The notes: generated by a model not told the origin, from the letters alone. A stretch of DNA of 34,104 bases from Catajapyx aquilonaris (GCA_000934665.2 JYFJ02004180.1:1-34104); one strand, 5' to 3'. Positions 19,930 to 32,880 are shown, numbered from the stretch's first letter. Translations and numbers: made by a program.

Positions 19930-22900
19930 GTAAGTGTCCGAACCGTGTGGGGGGTTGGCTGCACTGATCGGAACATTCTAGTTCCGAACAAAGAACAAGG
20001 AGCCGGGTATGGCGTTCGAAAGTGTCATGGCGGCGAACAAAGGCTGCCCATGTGCGCATCGGGGTCAGACTGCGGCGCACTGTGGGTTCCAGGCAGGGAG
20101 ACGGGGAGGGGTGAAGGTTCGGCCACCCTCTTCTGTACATGTACCGGGGGGGCTTTTTGTTTGACAGTTGATACCAGTTCGTAAAGATAAGCCTCCCCCC
20201 AAGCCGACTTCCCACCCCACACCGGGTCCCCCCTTCTCCTCGCCTGCAACCTCCAGGCTACGACTTCCAGACGACAAAGGAAGGTCAGGCGTAGAATCCT
20301 TCGAAATCGATGGGGGCAAGGCAGAGAGGATGGCGAAATTGCCCAATTTTGTTGCGAGGGGTTCGGCCTGGAAAAGGTCAAAGCCTGGAGAGCCACCTCC
20401 GGACAAAGATGAAATCTATAATAGGAAAATCGCAGTGGGCATGTATGTGCAATGGTCTCCACCACCACAAGCCGCAGGACTAGAAAAAAAGCTCGTTTTC
20501 TAGTCCATAATATTTATCTGTAAGATTAAAATCGTGGTGTGCAAGCCTTCTGATAATGACCACAGGCCGCAGGACTAGAAAAAAAGGGGAGCGGTTTCTA
20601 GTCCATAATATTAAAATCCATGTGTGACCCCGAGTGCTCTGATTTGACCACCACATTGTTACCGCGACACTTCCGATTGGCCCATCTCACACAACAATAC
20701 GAGTAAACAGTATGTTGAACTCGGAGGTCATTTACATGGTAACTTGAAAATGTGGGAGGTTTCCAAAAGTGCCTTCTAGGGTGTCCTTAGACCGTCCCAC
20801 CGCACGACGCAGGCCTAGAAAAATGTATTTTGTTAAGTTTACGACCTCAGAGGTCATTTACATGGAAAGGGGAGGTTCCAAAAGTGCGTTCTAGGGTGCC
20901 CTTTTGACCGTCCCACCGCACGACGCAGGCCTAGAAAAATGATGGCTTTTACAGTTTACGATCTCGGGTCATTTACATGGAAACTTGAAAATGGGGAGGT
21001 TCCATAAGTGCGTTCAAGGGTGTCCTGTGACCGTCCCACCGCACGACGCAGGCCTAGAAAAATGATGGCTTTTGTAGTTTTCGATCTCAGAGGTCATTTA
21101 CATGGTAACTTGAAAATAAGGAGGTTCCAAAAGTGCGTTCTGGGATGTCCGTTGACCGTCCCACCGAGCACCGCAGGCCTAGAAAAATGGTATTTTTGTA
21201 GTTTACGACCTCAGACGACCTCAGATGTCATTTCCATGGAAAGGGGAGATTCCAAAAGTGCGTTCTGTGGTGTCCTTTGACCGTCCCACCGCAGACCGCA
21301 GGCCTAGAAAAATGGTTTTTTAAGTAGTTTACGACCTGAGGTCATTTTCATGCAAACTTGAAAAATAGGGAGGTTCCAAAAGTGCGTTCTAGGGTGTCCT
21401 TTGACCGTCCCACCGCGTGTCGCAGGCCTAGAAAAAAAAATGCGAGCGAAGTTGACGATTATTTTTGAAGCATTTTCTGGCCCCATATCAACGAACAAAC
21501 ATATCGTAAAACTTGTTACACGCACTAATCCAAGGCCAGTTTTTTTCTGATATGTTTTAACTCCTTTGTCCAATGCGCTCCTTATGTTCGACCAACCCCG
21601 CCATGGAGCAATCGAGTAAATTGCATGCAGTGTTAGTTACCTAAAAAAAAGTAGGTGTTGTTGCATTGCATGGGGCGGATTTCTGTGGGAGGATACAGTA
21701 CACCGCGCAATGTTTTTAAGTAAATGCCATTACCAAGGACATGAGGTCAACTGTTGCCCCCCCTCCAGATTACAGAAGGCATTTATAACACACACACAGC
21801 TGACCGGTGGGCAACGAACTCAGAATATTCTAGAGAGACCCTGTCCATTATTATTGTAACAACAAGAGAGTCTGGAGCCCGACTGTATACAAAAAGGCAT
21901 TTCCTTTTGCGTAGATGCCATTTATCTCTGGGTAGACTTCCTGCCTGGTTGTGTACACATGATTTGATCCGACTCCCCCGCACCCTTAGAGAGGATCTGT
22001 CTCTATTACTTTTTTTTTAGATGACTTGTAGAGGGGTGACGACCTCGTGGGAAGTGAAGGACACCGGTCAGCACCCAAATTTTTTTTAGCTTGGGGAGGG
22101 TGCTGTGAAAGAGGGGGATCATGTGGACTGAAAGTGAAATGGGGATTCCTCCTCCCCCGCCTCGTTTTCCTGTAGGTTTCTGCGCACACGCCGGCCTTGA
22201 GGATCGATCATTCGTGGGCGGGCCAAACACTGCGACCCGAATTTTGCCCTACTTTTGCACCAGGGGCCACTAGCCTTTTCCAGGGCCTCTGCACCCCTCC
22301 ACCACCACCTACACCCTGATGCACCAGCCATGACTCATGCTTTTAATAGTCAATTCCACTAATCTGCAGCTGAACACGTTGGTTAACTTTAAAGCACGTG
22401 ACGTCAGGAAAATGTCTTGATGAAATTTATCATGAAATTGAGAAAAATGTTGAGGGCATTGGTGCTGGCCATTGGTCTGAGCAATTGGGTAGATGTCGGT
22501 GAACTCTTCCAAGGGCATGTTGACACCTTCTAGTTGCTTGTTGGAGAGGATAGACCTTGCTGGAGGGGGTAGTGTAGTGTGGAATCCTCAGGAGCGGGTT
22601 AGTGGCCTTGTCCACCTCTTTTTTTTACTTGCACTTTTTTTTTTTGCGCATTCTCAATGTTCATGCAGAAAGTGTAACTGACCTACTGCTAAGGTAGCTG
22701 GATGGGGCCAGGGCCAATGGAGAAACACCAAAAAGTGTGGTAAAGTTCATGGCTTTGTTTTTTTTTTCTTCCATATACCAAACTGGTTGGGGAGGGTACA
22801 TTGCTACTGAGTCAGAGGCCTTTGGCCAGGTTTCATTTACCTCTGTGGGTCGGTCATGCAGGACTGGCTGCGGAGGGTGGCCATGGAGAAGGAGCCCCCC

Positions 22901-25169
22901 CCCATGAGATCCTCCAGGATGTGTAAATGCATTGCCCCCTCATTCCATGCTAAGCCTGAGGTTATTCCATGCAAATTCTTACCTTGGATCTTTTAGCTGC
23001 CATTCATGGTCCAATCAGTACGAATGAGCGTAATAAGTTAATAGTCGTTGTACATTCTGACAAAAAAAAAAGTGAGACAGTAACACAGAAAGACACTGCA
23101 GTTACACGTGGCAAAATGCTGTCAATTTTCTGCATTGTGAATGCATTACTTTGGAATTCTCCTCCTGGTGGGCTCCGGATGGCCTTTATAAGTCAGGGGC
23201 ATTCCACTCTCAAGAAGGGTTGAAGAAAAGGCAATGACAAGGTTAATTAACTGAAGGTGAAGGACACTTGAGCCAGTGTGGGATTGTCTGGGATTTTTTC
23301 TCTTGTTGCCGGCAAGAGTAGGAAGCATGCACCTCTCCCAACAGGGACTAGTTAATAAGTTGAACTTGAATGACATCAGGGTTGCTTGCCTTTTACACAC
23401 TTTTTTTTTTTCACGGCCAGGAAATTCCCAGCCATTCCTTGGGTGCATTGTGTTTGTCTGCAACATCTCCCTTATTGTGTTTCCCTCAGGTTGCAAGATC
23501 AAGGCCCTGAGAGCCAAGACGAACACTTACATCAAGACCCCTGTGCGAGGTGAGGAGCCTGTCTTTGTTGTGACAGGTCGCCGCGAGGATGTTGCGATGG
23601 CAAAGAGGGAGATCCTCTCTGCTGCTGAACACTTCTCCCAGATTCGTGCCAGCCGCAAGAACAACCTGAATGGCAGCATGGCTCCAGGTCCCCCTGCCGG
23701 GATACCTGGACAGATGACCCTCCAGGTGCGTGTTCCGTACCGTGTCGTTGGACTGGTTGTAGGGCCCAAGGGCGCGACCATTAAGCGGATTCAGCAACAG
23801 ACTCACACCTACATTGTGACACCTTCGAGGGACAAGGAGCCAGTGTTCGAGGTGACTGGACTGCCAGAAAACGTGGAAGCTGCCAAGAAGGAGATTGAGG
23901 CTCACATTGCAATCCGCACTGGTGGAATGCTGGACCCAGAAAGCGACATGGGTGGAGATCCGAGGCACAGTGCTGTCAATGTGGCTGCTGCGGCCGCTGC
24001 AGCTGCAGCCGCAGCTGCTGTTGAAGGGTTTGTTGGATCACAAACGACCGACTTCCTAAGCTCGCTGTACAAGGCTGGCCTCGGCCTCAACGGACTGAGC
24101 GCCTCAAGCACTGCGACGACGCCATCATCGTCTTCATCCTCCTCATCCTCGGGACTGGGGCTGGGACTCAACTCGCTCCACTCTCTCAACGGTCTGTCCA
24201 CATCCATCTCGTCATCGCTCTCAAGCCTGGGGTTCAACGGCACAACCACGTACACATCTGGAAGTGGCTGCGGCGGGGGACTCACGCTGGGCGACATTGG
24301 CCTGTCTTACCTGGAAGGCAGTCCGGGCACTGTCGTGACCTCAGAGGCACAGCAAGTGTCATCAACCACGTCTCTGTTGGGGTCACAGGCGAAGCTGGCT
24401 GATCTGGTTGGATTTGGAAATGGGCTCTGGAGCAGCTTTGATCGCGACGAAGGCCTGGGAGATTCTCCATCGTTTGATTCGGCTGCCCCACCAACCAGCC
24501 TGTGGGGGACGGGCCTGGACATGGGGTGTGCTGCGGTAAAGACGCTCAGCAGCAGCAGCAGCACCAGTAGCAGCTGCAGTGGGGACGGAAGGTAAGAATC
24601 AGAACACACGCTGAAAATATTCCGTAGCAAGTGTTGTGCATTGTTGCATGTAATGTGAATTGTGTGATTGCAGTGGAGGAAGGAGGCGTGGGAGCAGCAC
24701 CATTCCAAATGGGGTGGTTGGCGGAGTGGGCTCCCTGGTTGGATTGGGACCACTCGACTCTCACCCACCGGCCCGTCGCATCAGCTCTGACCCGCTGAGC
24801 GGCTTGGCATCCAGCTTGGCCAACAGTCTCGGGTTGGGTCCCACCACTACGACGACAAACGGAGGAGGCGGCAACAACATGGTGGCCAACGGGGTGGGTC
24901 CCACCCCACCGTCAATGTCCTCCTCGCCAACGGACTCTCTTGGGTCTCTCGGATCATCTTCCTCGTCGTCGTCCTCTTCTGCTTCGTCCTCATCACTGAT
25001 GAAACGCGAATGCATCGTGTGCAGCGAGCAGGAAGTGATCGCCGCCCTGGTCCCATGCGGACACAACCTGTTCTGCATGGAGTGCGCCAACCGCCTGAAG
25101 GAGGCCACTGACGGCGAATGCCCCGTCTGCCATCAGGGCGTCTCGCAGGCCATCCACATACGTTGCTGA
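19623..25169 (+). CDS. mex3: RNA-binding E3 ubiquitin ligase MEX3, two KH domains plus C3HC4 RING (whole gene, 3 exons, ~634 aa)
   Basis: Exons 19623-19929, 23490-24591 and 24674-25169 total 1905 nt. [25 protein letters not shown]1 ([27 protein letters not shown]), KH2 ([17 protein letters not shown]), RING CIVC...[10 protein letters not shown]...CPVC. Confidence 0.96.
20465..20612. repeat. Two copies (95 bp apart) of a hairpin unit GGACTAGAAA...TTTCTAGTCC
   Basis: Stems at 20477-20506 and 20572-20604, each preceded by CCGCA and followed by ATAATATT. Confidence 0.85.
20720..21440. repeat. ~116-125-bp tandem array (6 copies) in MEX3 intron 1
   Basis: CGCAGGCCTAGAAAAA at 20808, 20924, 21047, 21172, 21297 and 21421; shared GACCGTCCCACCG and GAGGTTCCAAAAGTGCGTTC. 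Confidence 0.94.
23490..24591 (+). CDS. mex3: MEX3 exon 2 (KH1-KH2, low-complexity linker)
   Basis: ccctcag|GT TGC AAG ATC; donor AG|gtaaga. Confidence 0.93.
24674..25169 (+). CDS. mex3: MEX3 exon 3 (RING finger)
   Basis: ttgcag|T GGA GGA, phase 2 matches exon 2; RING finger; TGA. Confidence 0.9.
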
Positions 25170-28100
25170 CCCGCAAGGAACGGCGAGCAGCGCCCCAACC
25201 CACAACAACAATGCAGCACCAGCAACAGGTTCGATTTGGGCTGAACTTTTATCTCAACTTTTTTTATGCATTTTTTTTATCAATGTGCGTGAATTTGGGC
25301 CGCTTTTTTACAAGTGCCCCAGGAGACTTTTTTGGGAATCATTCAGCTGAAGAAAAAAAGAACAACGAAGATTTCAACTATTTTTATCACCTTTTGAAGT
25401 GGGGGACCCCCTTTTTGGTTTTGTTTATTTCAAGTCTGTTACAATTTTTTTTAATGCGTGTGTAAGTGGAAAAAATTTGTTTACAATGCGGAGAGAAATA
25501 GTTCCTGTGTGTTTGGATGGTTATTCAGGTCACGTGCTAATTGTAGCCTTTTGACACGAGGTGTGTTTTTTATTACCGTTATTATTATTATTATTTTGTA
25601 TACAGAAAAAAAAAGAGAGAGAGAATGATGCGAGAGAAAGAGAAGCTAATTAACGGAGGATTAGACTGCTGAGCAAGGGTAGCAGCATTCAGGCCCTCGA
25701 CCAGTTTTTAAAAAAATGCTCTTTTCACCATTACTTTGGCAATAACTAAGTAGTGATGGGTTTGCTCTAGTGTGTGATTCAGGAGCCCAGAAAAAAAAAA
25801 TATCGAAGACAACATTATTAAGGTTTTAAAAAAACTGATACATTCAAAAAGGAGAAGACGACAAAAAAATATCTGGAATATATATATAGCAGGACTTTGT
25901 TGACAATTCTGCAGTTACAATCCAGTGCTGCGGATTGAAAAAGAAAAAAGAGAGAGAGTATATACAGTGCATCATTGACGAACAGGAAAAAACAACACAT
26001 TCCTTGCACGAGCAATCATGTGTAATATCTTGCAATGGTGTCCCATCCTCCAAGTGTCGATTCAGATGTTATTTTTTACTTTAGCGGATGGGAATAATAT
26101 TTATTTTATTTTCGTCCCAAAGAGGTTGGAAAAAGTGTAAATGTCATCTCGTGTGAAAAGGTGCATTACTTTTTTACTGTTGTCTTTTACCATTGCCTAA
26201 CTATTTTATTCCCTTTGCCCCCCTTCCAATAATTATGATCCTAATTGAATCTTTTGAGTGCGTAATAGAGTATTACAAATTATACAGGAATAACTTAATG
26301 GAAAGATAAATATTCGTGTAATTTAAGACAAAAGAGAGAAAACATGAAAAAGACGTTGACTATTGAAAATTAACTCAGATGATTATGTTTGTTTTTTTTT
26401 TTGCGATTTTTTTTTATTTTTCGAATGAGGAAATTGATGTTTACCTGTGACATTAGTTTTTAACAACTAGTATTTTAGATATAGCCAAAAATGGAAAGAG
26501 ACCGTTTTTTTCTGTTTTTCTTTTGGAGCTATTTTTGTTGCGACTGCAAGATAAGGTATGAATGCGTGTACTAGACTTATATACCTGTATTCCAGTCTGA
26601 CCATGGAAAGGCAAAAACTCTTTTTTAATTTATATAAATATATATTTAAATGGAGAAAAAAAAAAGACGAGAGAAAGAAAAAACTCCCCTCGACATCAGC
26701 TTTTGGGCTGTGATAAGCCAAGGGCCATTAACTGCCACGGGAATGCTATTTTGCTATTTGCAAGGGGGCAGGAGCTGGGACTTGGGTTCACCCAGGTGGG
26801 AGGGGGGGGTTTTGGGGTTTTTTTTGATGGGGGTTTTGAGTGGGGGGGAAAATATTTTGGGGTTTGGGTTTTAACTAAGGCTACCAGGGCAGACTGTGGA
26901 TTTGGTTCGGGCGCACCCCAAAAAAATGTACAAAATAATAAAAAATTGGTGTGGCCTGCGGAAAAGAAAGCACATTTTATTTCTGGAGCTTCAGATGATT
27001 ATTATAGAGTTTTTATTAATAGTAATATATATATTGAAGGTCCACACGTCTGTCCTGCGAGGCCGGAGCTGCATTTACACACCCCCCTTTTTATCTGGTT
27101 AATTGTTGCAGGGAGCATTAGTCAAGTCCCCCTCCCCTTTCCCCCTGAATTTTAACTACTATTATTATTATTATGATTATTAAAATATTATTTTGTGTGG
27201 GAGTGAAGGCGAAGAGGCATTCCTTGTTAACAGTGACTGTACTTGACAGATGCAAGAAACATATCGATTGTTGATCCTTGTTCAATATTTTTGTTTTTGC
27301 TTTTTTATATATACTTCCACCTGAATTATGGAGGAATAATAAAAAAAGAGTAATTTATCAGCCTGATGCCATAAATGAAAAGCCACATGCATTTTTATTA
27401 TTAGTAACTAATTTATTGCTAGTGAAACATTTTTTTTTTTTTTCGAAATGCTCATGGATCTTTGTGCCCCCCCGCCCCTCCCTCCTCCTTTTCTTAAATT
27501 TTTCATTAGATGTAAAAGCTGCGTATCTCAAGTGTTTGTTAGGAGTGGGAGGTCTAAGCAGACGACAGTGTTTTTGCCTTGTGATAATTACAGCGCCTTT
27601 CTGTGGTTGGACTGGGAAGTGGGCTGGGTCGTGAGGGTTAGATATGGACCTAGGATTTTTTCGAAGAGGGTGAAAGGTTAACAGATTTATATTAAAAGTC
27701 TCCCCTCTACATGTCTTTCCCCCCGCACCCTTCCCAATTACTCCTCCCCTCCTCCTCCCCGCTCTCCTTACATATAAATGCCGTCGTTTCCGCCTGTCAG
27801 TATTAAATGTTGCTGTTTCTGGGGGAGGGGATGGCAGCCCACCTTTTACGCCATGTAACTGTTTTTTTTGCTGAGAAATATGGAACACTTGTTATGCCTT
27901 TTTTTTTTTTTAATGACTCCCCCCCTCACTTCACCCACCTGAAAAACCTCCAGGCGAGTGTTTTTACCCGCCGCAGATTTGCTCACATTGTACGTCTCAG
28001 TTGTCCTGTACTTCTTTTTTTTCTTCAATTTTTCTGCCTGCCTGGGTTTTAATTTTTATTTAATCTCCCAGGCTTCTCATCCCCCCTATTTGTGGGAGGA

Positions 28101-31100
28101 GGGGGACAGGTATTTTGAGAGAAAAAGAAGGGGGCTCCAAAAAAACAAAACATGAGACGAGGGGATGAGGGTGGGGGGGAAAACACACCATAACAAAGAT
28201 CACACCATATTCGGAATAGTAGTATAGCATAGTATTTTCTTATTTTAATATGTTATTTACAGTAATTTTGTATGTGTAGTCAGAAATAATAGCCAGAACT
28301 GAGTATTTGTAGTGAAAAATCCTCTATAGGGGAAAAGAAGTGAATATTGTTTTCTAATTTAACCTTCATTGTTTATTTTTTTTGTGGGCTGCTCAACTGA
28401 GGGGCCAGGATGTAATGGACCCAAAGGAGTTGCAAAAAATATATAATAATTTTTTTAAGTATGTGAAGTTTAGTTGCATACACTCCACTGTGTGTAGCAC
28501 CTAAGACAAGCTGTGGCTGTTTAATGAGTTTATAACCCGTTTATCGTGGCGGTACCATTAGTCTTCCGAGGGTTGTTTTTTTTTTTCGCCCCTTAGCCCT
28601 CAGACTGCATTTGTCATCTGCTTCTACCCTCTTTACCCTCGTCCTGTGTCATCCTCCCCCTCCCGACCCGAGAAAAAAAAGTATGTGAAAACACCCAGTA
28701 GACATTTATTTCTAAGGAAAAAAAAGCGAATAAAAAATAAATTATAACCTATGCATAAAACTTAAAAAGAGTAGAGGCACGCCCCCTGTTTGTAATAGTT
28801 CCCCCCCCTTCCCCCTCCTGTTTGTATGTGGCTCAAAGTAGATTTCAAAGTATAAAAATCCTCCTCCTCATCCCCCAAATTTTTGAAACGACCTTTCTCT
28901 TTCCACCCAATGGCGCTGCACATCCTCTTCTACAGGAGACATTTGCTTCCCGTGATTTGTGATTATTGTGTAGGTGAATACAGATAAAATGAGAGAAAGA
29001 GAGGAAATTGATTACCCCCAGCCCCTTCCTTCGAAACCTCCAATGCAATAAGGACATAGTCCAGCTCGAAAAATCTAATTATGCAAAATGTATAACTCCA
29101 GTCGTGTGCTCTACTTGCGCCTGTCTGTTTTTTGTGTTGCTCCGTTGTGTTTAAGCCAATTTGAAACATTTTTGATCCCTCCTCCCCCTTACCCCTTTTC
29201 CTTTTGGTAACTATTAGCCAACAAGCAATAAGGCAACTGCCGACTTGTCTCGTGGCGGAGACCAGGAGGTGGTTATTTAAAAAAAAAAGTATATTATATA
29301 ATATAATACACAGCCTCTGTGCTCAGTCACCTTTTTTTCTCATGGATATTGTGTTTCTAAGTGGTTGGGTGAATGGGCGGGCGGGCGGGTGGGTTATCTG
29401 TTCTTGTAGGGAGGATGGTAGCGGTGTTTATACATTTTTAAAAGCATATATAAATAATATATAAAAAAATATATAAAGTATAAATTATTCTCCGACTGGG
29501 GGAGTGGTTTTCTTAGCCGCAGCCAGTATACTGTTTGCTGCCTTACCCGAGATGGAATAGCTATGGGGAAACGGAAGGAGCCATTGTGGTAATTTAAAGT
29601 AGGGGGGGGCGACCAAATGATCATAAAAAGGAAATCATTGAAGGTGTAAGCACACAACAGTGGGAGCAAGGGCCTATTTTTGCAGTGGCGTAGCTAGGCA
29701 GATCTCAGCTGCTGTTCTGTGTAATGTGCCATTTTTTTATATAGTTTCCATGTAAAAACCAAAGACCTGACCGCAGCAAAAAAAAGAGAGGAAAGTTTGA
29801 CTAAAGACTTTGTTTCCCACCTTTTTTATTCCTAAGTATTTTTGTTCGCTGTTTGTGGGCTGTGTGCGTGCGATATGTATTTCTTCTGAGGCATATGGTT
29901 TTGCCAGTTTTATTTTCTAGCTGCGCCATTATAGCCATGTAGAACAGGACGGCATCCTGACATGCAGATGAGGGCTACAAAGCCAAAAAGTTTTTCTCAA
30001 ACTAAGCCCCCCCGGGGTCAGGACACTCCTGTGCCACTATAGGCGTGCAAATCAGAAATTTTAAAAATTAAAAAAAAAAGGTGTCGGGCGCAATCCATAT
30101 CATTTCTGTGATGGTGAAGACTGAAAAAGCTGCGTCATTTATTTATTTATATGAAATTTTTTTAATGCTCCCCCACTCAAAAATGTAGATTCAGAGGGAG
30201 CATTAAAAAAATTGCAGGGAGAAAGTACACTATCTTTTGGGCGCTTCGCTAAAAAAAAAACGCATTTTGTTCTGGATGCTGCAGGGTTTTGATAGCTGCA
30301 GGAAGTAAACAGGGTGTGGGAAGTTGGGTTGGGGTTGGGGAAGGGGGAAATATTGTGGGTAGGGGGTGGGTGGGGGATTGGGTGGTATTTTTAAAAAAGG
30401 GGTTTCTTGCTCCCCTTTTTTATGTAACAAAAAAAACAACAAATTATCTCGCAGCAATGGCTCCTTCTCATACCCACGTGTTAATGGTCTTTGTGTGTAA
30501 TTTCCAATATGTAAAAGGATAAAAAAATAATAATAATATGATGGTTGAATGCTATATATCTCTGAAAGATTAGTTTACGACTTTTGAAATTTTAAAGATA
30601 TGCTCACTTCATAACTTATATGGCCATTTTTTAAATTAACTCCCCCCCATTTTATTTTCTACTCCCAATAATGACCCTCCCAGAACTACCCCCCCTTTGT
30701 ATAGTATTAGACCTCGTGTGAAAACTAATTTTTTGCGTGTTAGGTCAGAGGTCGTTGAGCGGCTGCAGTGTGTATGTATAGGGGGGTGGGGGGTGGAACA
30801 GATGGGGTTGGTTGCACACATTCCCGCCTTTTTGCCCAAAAAAATAAAGACAATTTGCAAGAAAGAGAGAGAGAGAGAGAGGAAAAAAAAGAGGGCCAGT
30901 CTCCTCAACCCTAATCGAAACAGGTGACCTGGCCTTTGTAATAATAATTATTAATAATAATGATAACAATAATGTCGCCTATCCCCGCCCCCACACATGC
31001 CCGTCCCCCACCCCCCTTGTTCTCTCCGTTGATGTTATTGAGTTATATGTGTGTGTGTTAGTGCGAGTGTTTTTTGGTAAATGGGGGGGTAGTGAAAAAA

Positions 31101-32880
31101 AGGGAGGAGAGGGAACAAAAGGAAGGGACCTCCGAGAACCAATCAAAAGATTTTTTGCTGGATGGGATTTTTCTAAGTTGAACTTATTAATTTTTAAACA
31201 AACTTCTTGGCCCTCCCCTCTCTGCCAACACCCCCCCTGTACCCANCCCCCCCCCAAAACAAACAAAAAATAAGTATCCTCGACATATGATATTATTTTT
31301 TTGATTGTCGCTCTGCCACTTCGTGAGTGGGATGCTTGATATCCAGTTGTAGGCCTACAGTTTTGGTGCATTTTTTGGTGGGTCGTGTGCTCCCCTAAAG
31401 CAGTGATTCTGTCAAATTTTTGGATCTGCTGTTTTGGTATAGTAATAATGAAAAATACATAAATTTTTTGACACAAAAAAATAGAGAAATAGGACCCCTA
31501 GGGAAAGGACATAGGAAAGAGAGGATTCATGCAGCCCCAATTTTTTAATTATAATTATATATTTTATATGTGCTATAGGACGATGCAACCTGAGATACAA
31601 AAAAATTGGGCCACATGGCACGCAACTGGTTAAATATATATCTATTTTTTTGGTTGAGTATTTTTCCCTCTGGCTTGCAAGGGCGGGTGGGGTGGAGTTA
31701 AACGTGGGTGATCAATATTTATTTGTAGATAGATGTATATTTTATAATTTTTTGACACAATACATATATATATATCGGGTGGATTTAGTTGACTGCAAGT
31801 CCTGACTGACCCCCCCTCTATTTTTTTTCTCCTTTTTTTTTTGGTATGTGTGGCCCAAAACTCTGAATGGGAGATTTAAATAAAAAAATAAAATAAAAGA
31901 CCTATATCGATCCTCGGCCAACGAATTCTCTCTTTGATACCTATTCCTTTTGCTCCTGGATAAATAGTAATTACAGAGTACATTACAGTATGAGCCTTTG
32001 TAAGATGAGGTACCCGGCATCAGGCATCACCCCGCCATGACTCCCCCTACCACCCACACCTTCCCCAATTTTTCATTCCTACGTATATTTATGTCGCACC
32101 CTCTCTTGCTCGGTCCGACCTGTTGTGACCTGGCCTGCCCTTGACCACTCAATATAATCAAATCCCCCCCCCTTTGACCTAAGACACATATTGGCTCACA
32201 TGATCCCTTCCCTGATGTTCCCACCTCTGCACAGAGATTGACCCTCTGGTCAGGTCGAGGGCTTGTCAGGTCATGAGACAGGGTGACGGTTGGCTTCTGG
32301 AAAAAATCACCGTGGTTTTTTGATACAAGTGATTTTTTATTTTTGTTTGGTATTTACTACACAACAAAGAGTAGCGTGACGTGTGTGTACCCGGAGTGTT
32401 GGGCCCGGCTGCAAAAAAGTGGAACGAGCGCAGTTTTTTAAGTGGATGTGTACGTGGTCCATGTTTGATGCCGTGTTCATTGTTTTACAATATTCCGACT
32501 GTTTCTGCTCATAATGAAAAAAAAGCATTATTTCCATACAAAATAGATCTATAACTTTCAGGTTGTGTATTAGAATTACGTAGGTTTGTTTATTTGGAGA
32601 ATGAAGAAATGTCTAACTCCAAAGAATTGTACTCAGCTATAATACTAGATAGTTCCAAGCAAAAAATTATTCCCATATATTTTTATTATACATGTTTTAA
32701 TGTGCATATGATCTTGAACAAATGTATTTTCGAGTTCATCATATTACCTCCTCTTTGGGTAAAGTCAAGAGTACTTAATGTATGTTAATTTTTCATGTTT
32801 GCTAATATTTTATTTTTCAGACTTGTGAATGAATGACACTAGATAAATAGGAAAATAAACTCTTAACTGTATTTGTAAAA
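25170..32880 (+). other. Probable very long MEX3 3'UTR
   Basis: No recognisable coding sequence; uniform AU/U-rich, CpG-poor composition; AATAAA at 32854-32859 followed by GT-rich TGTTGTTGTGT and a change in composition. Earlier AATAAA sites also exist. Confidence 0.45.
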
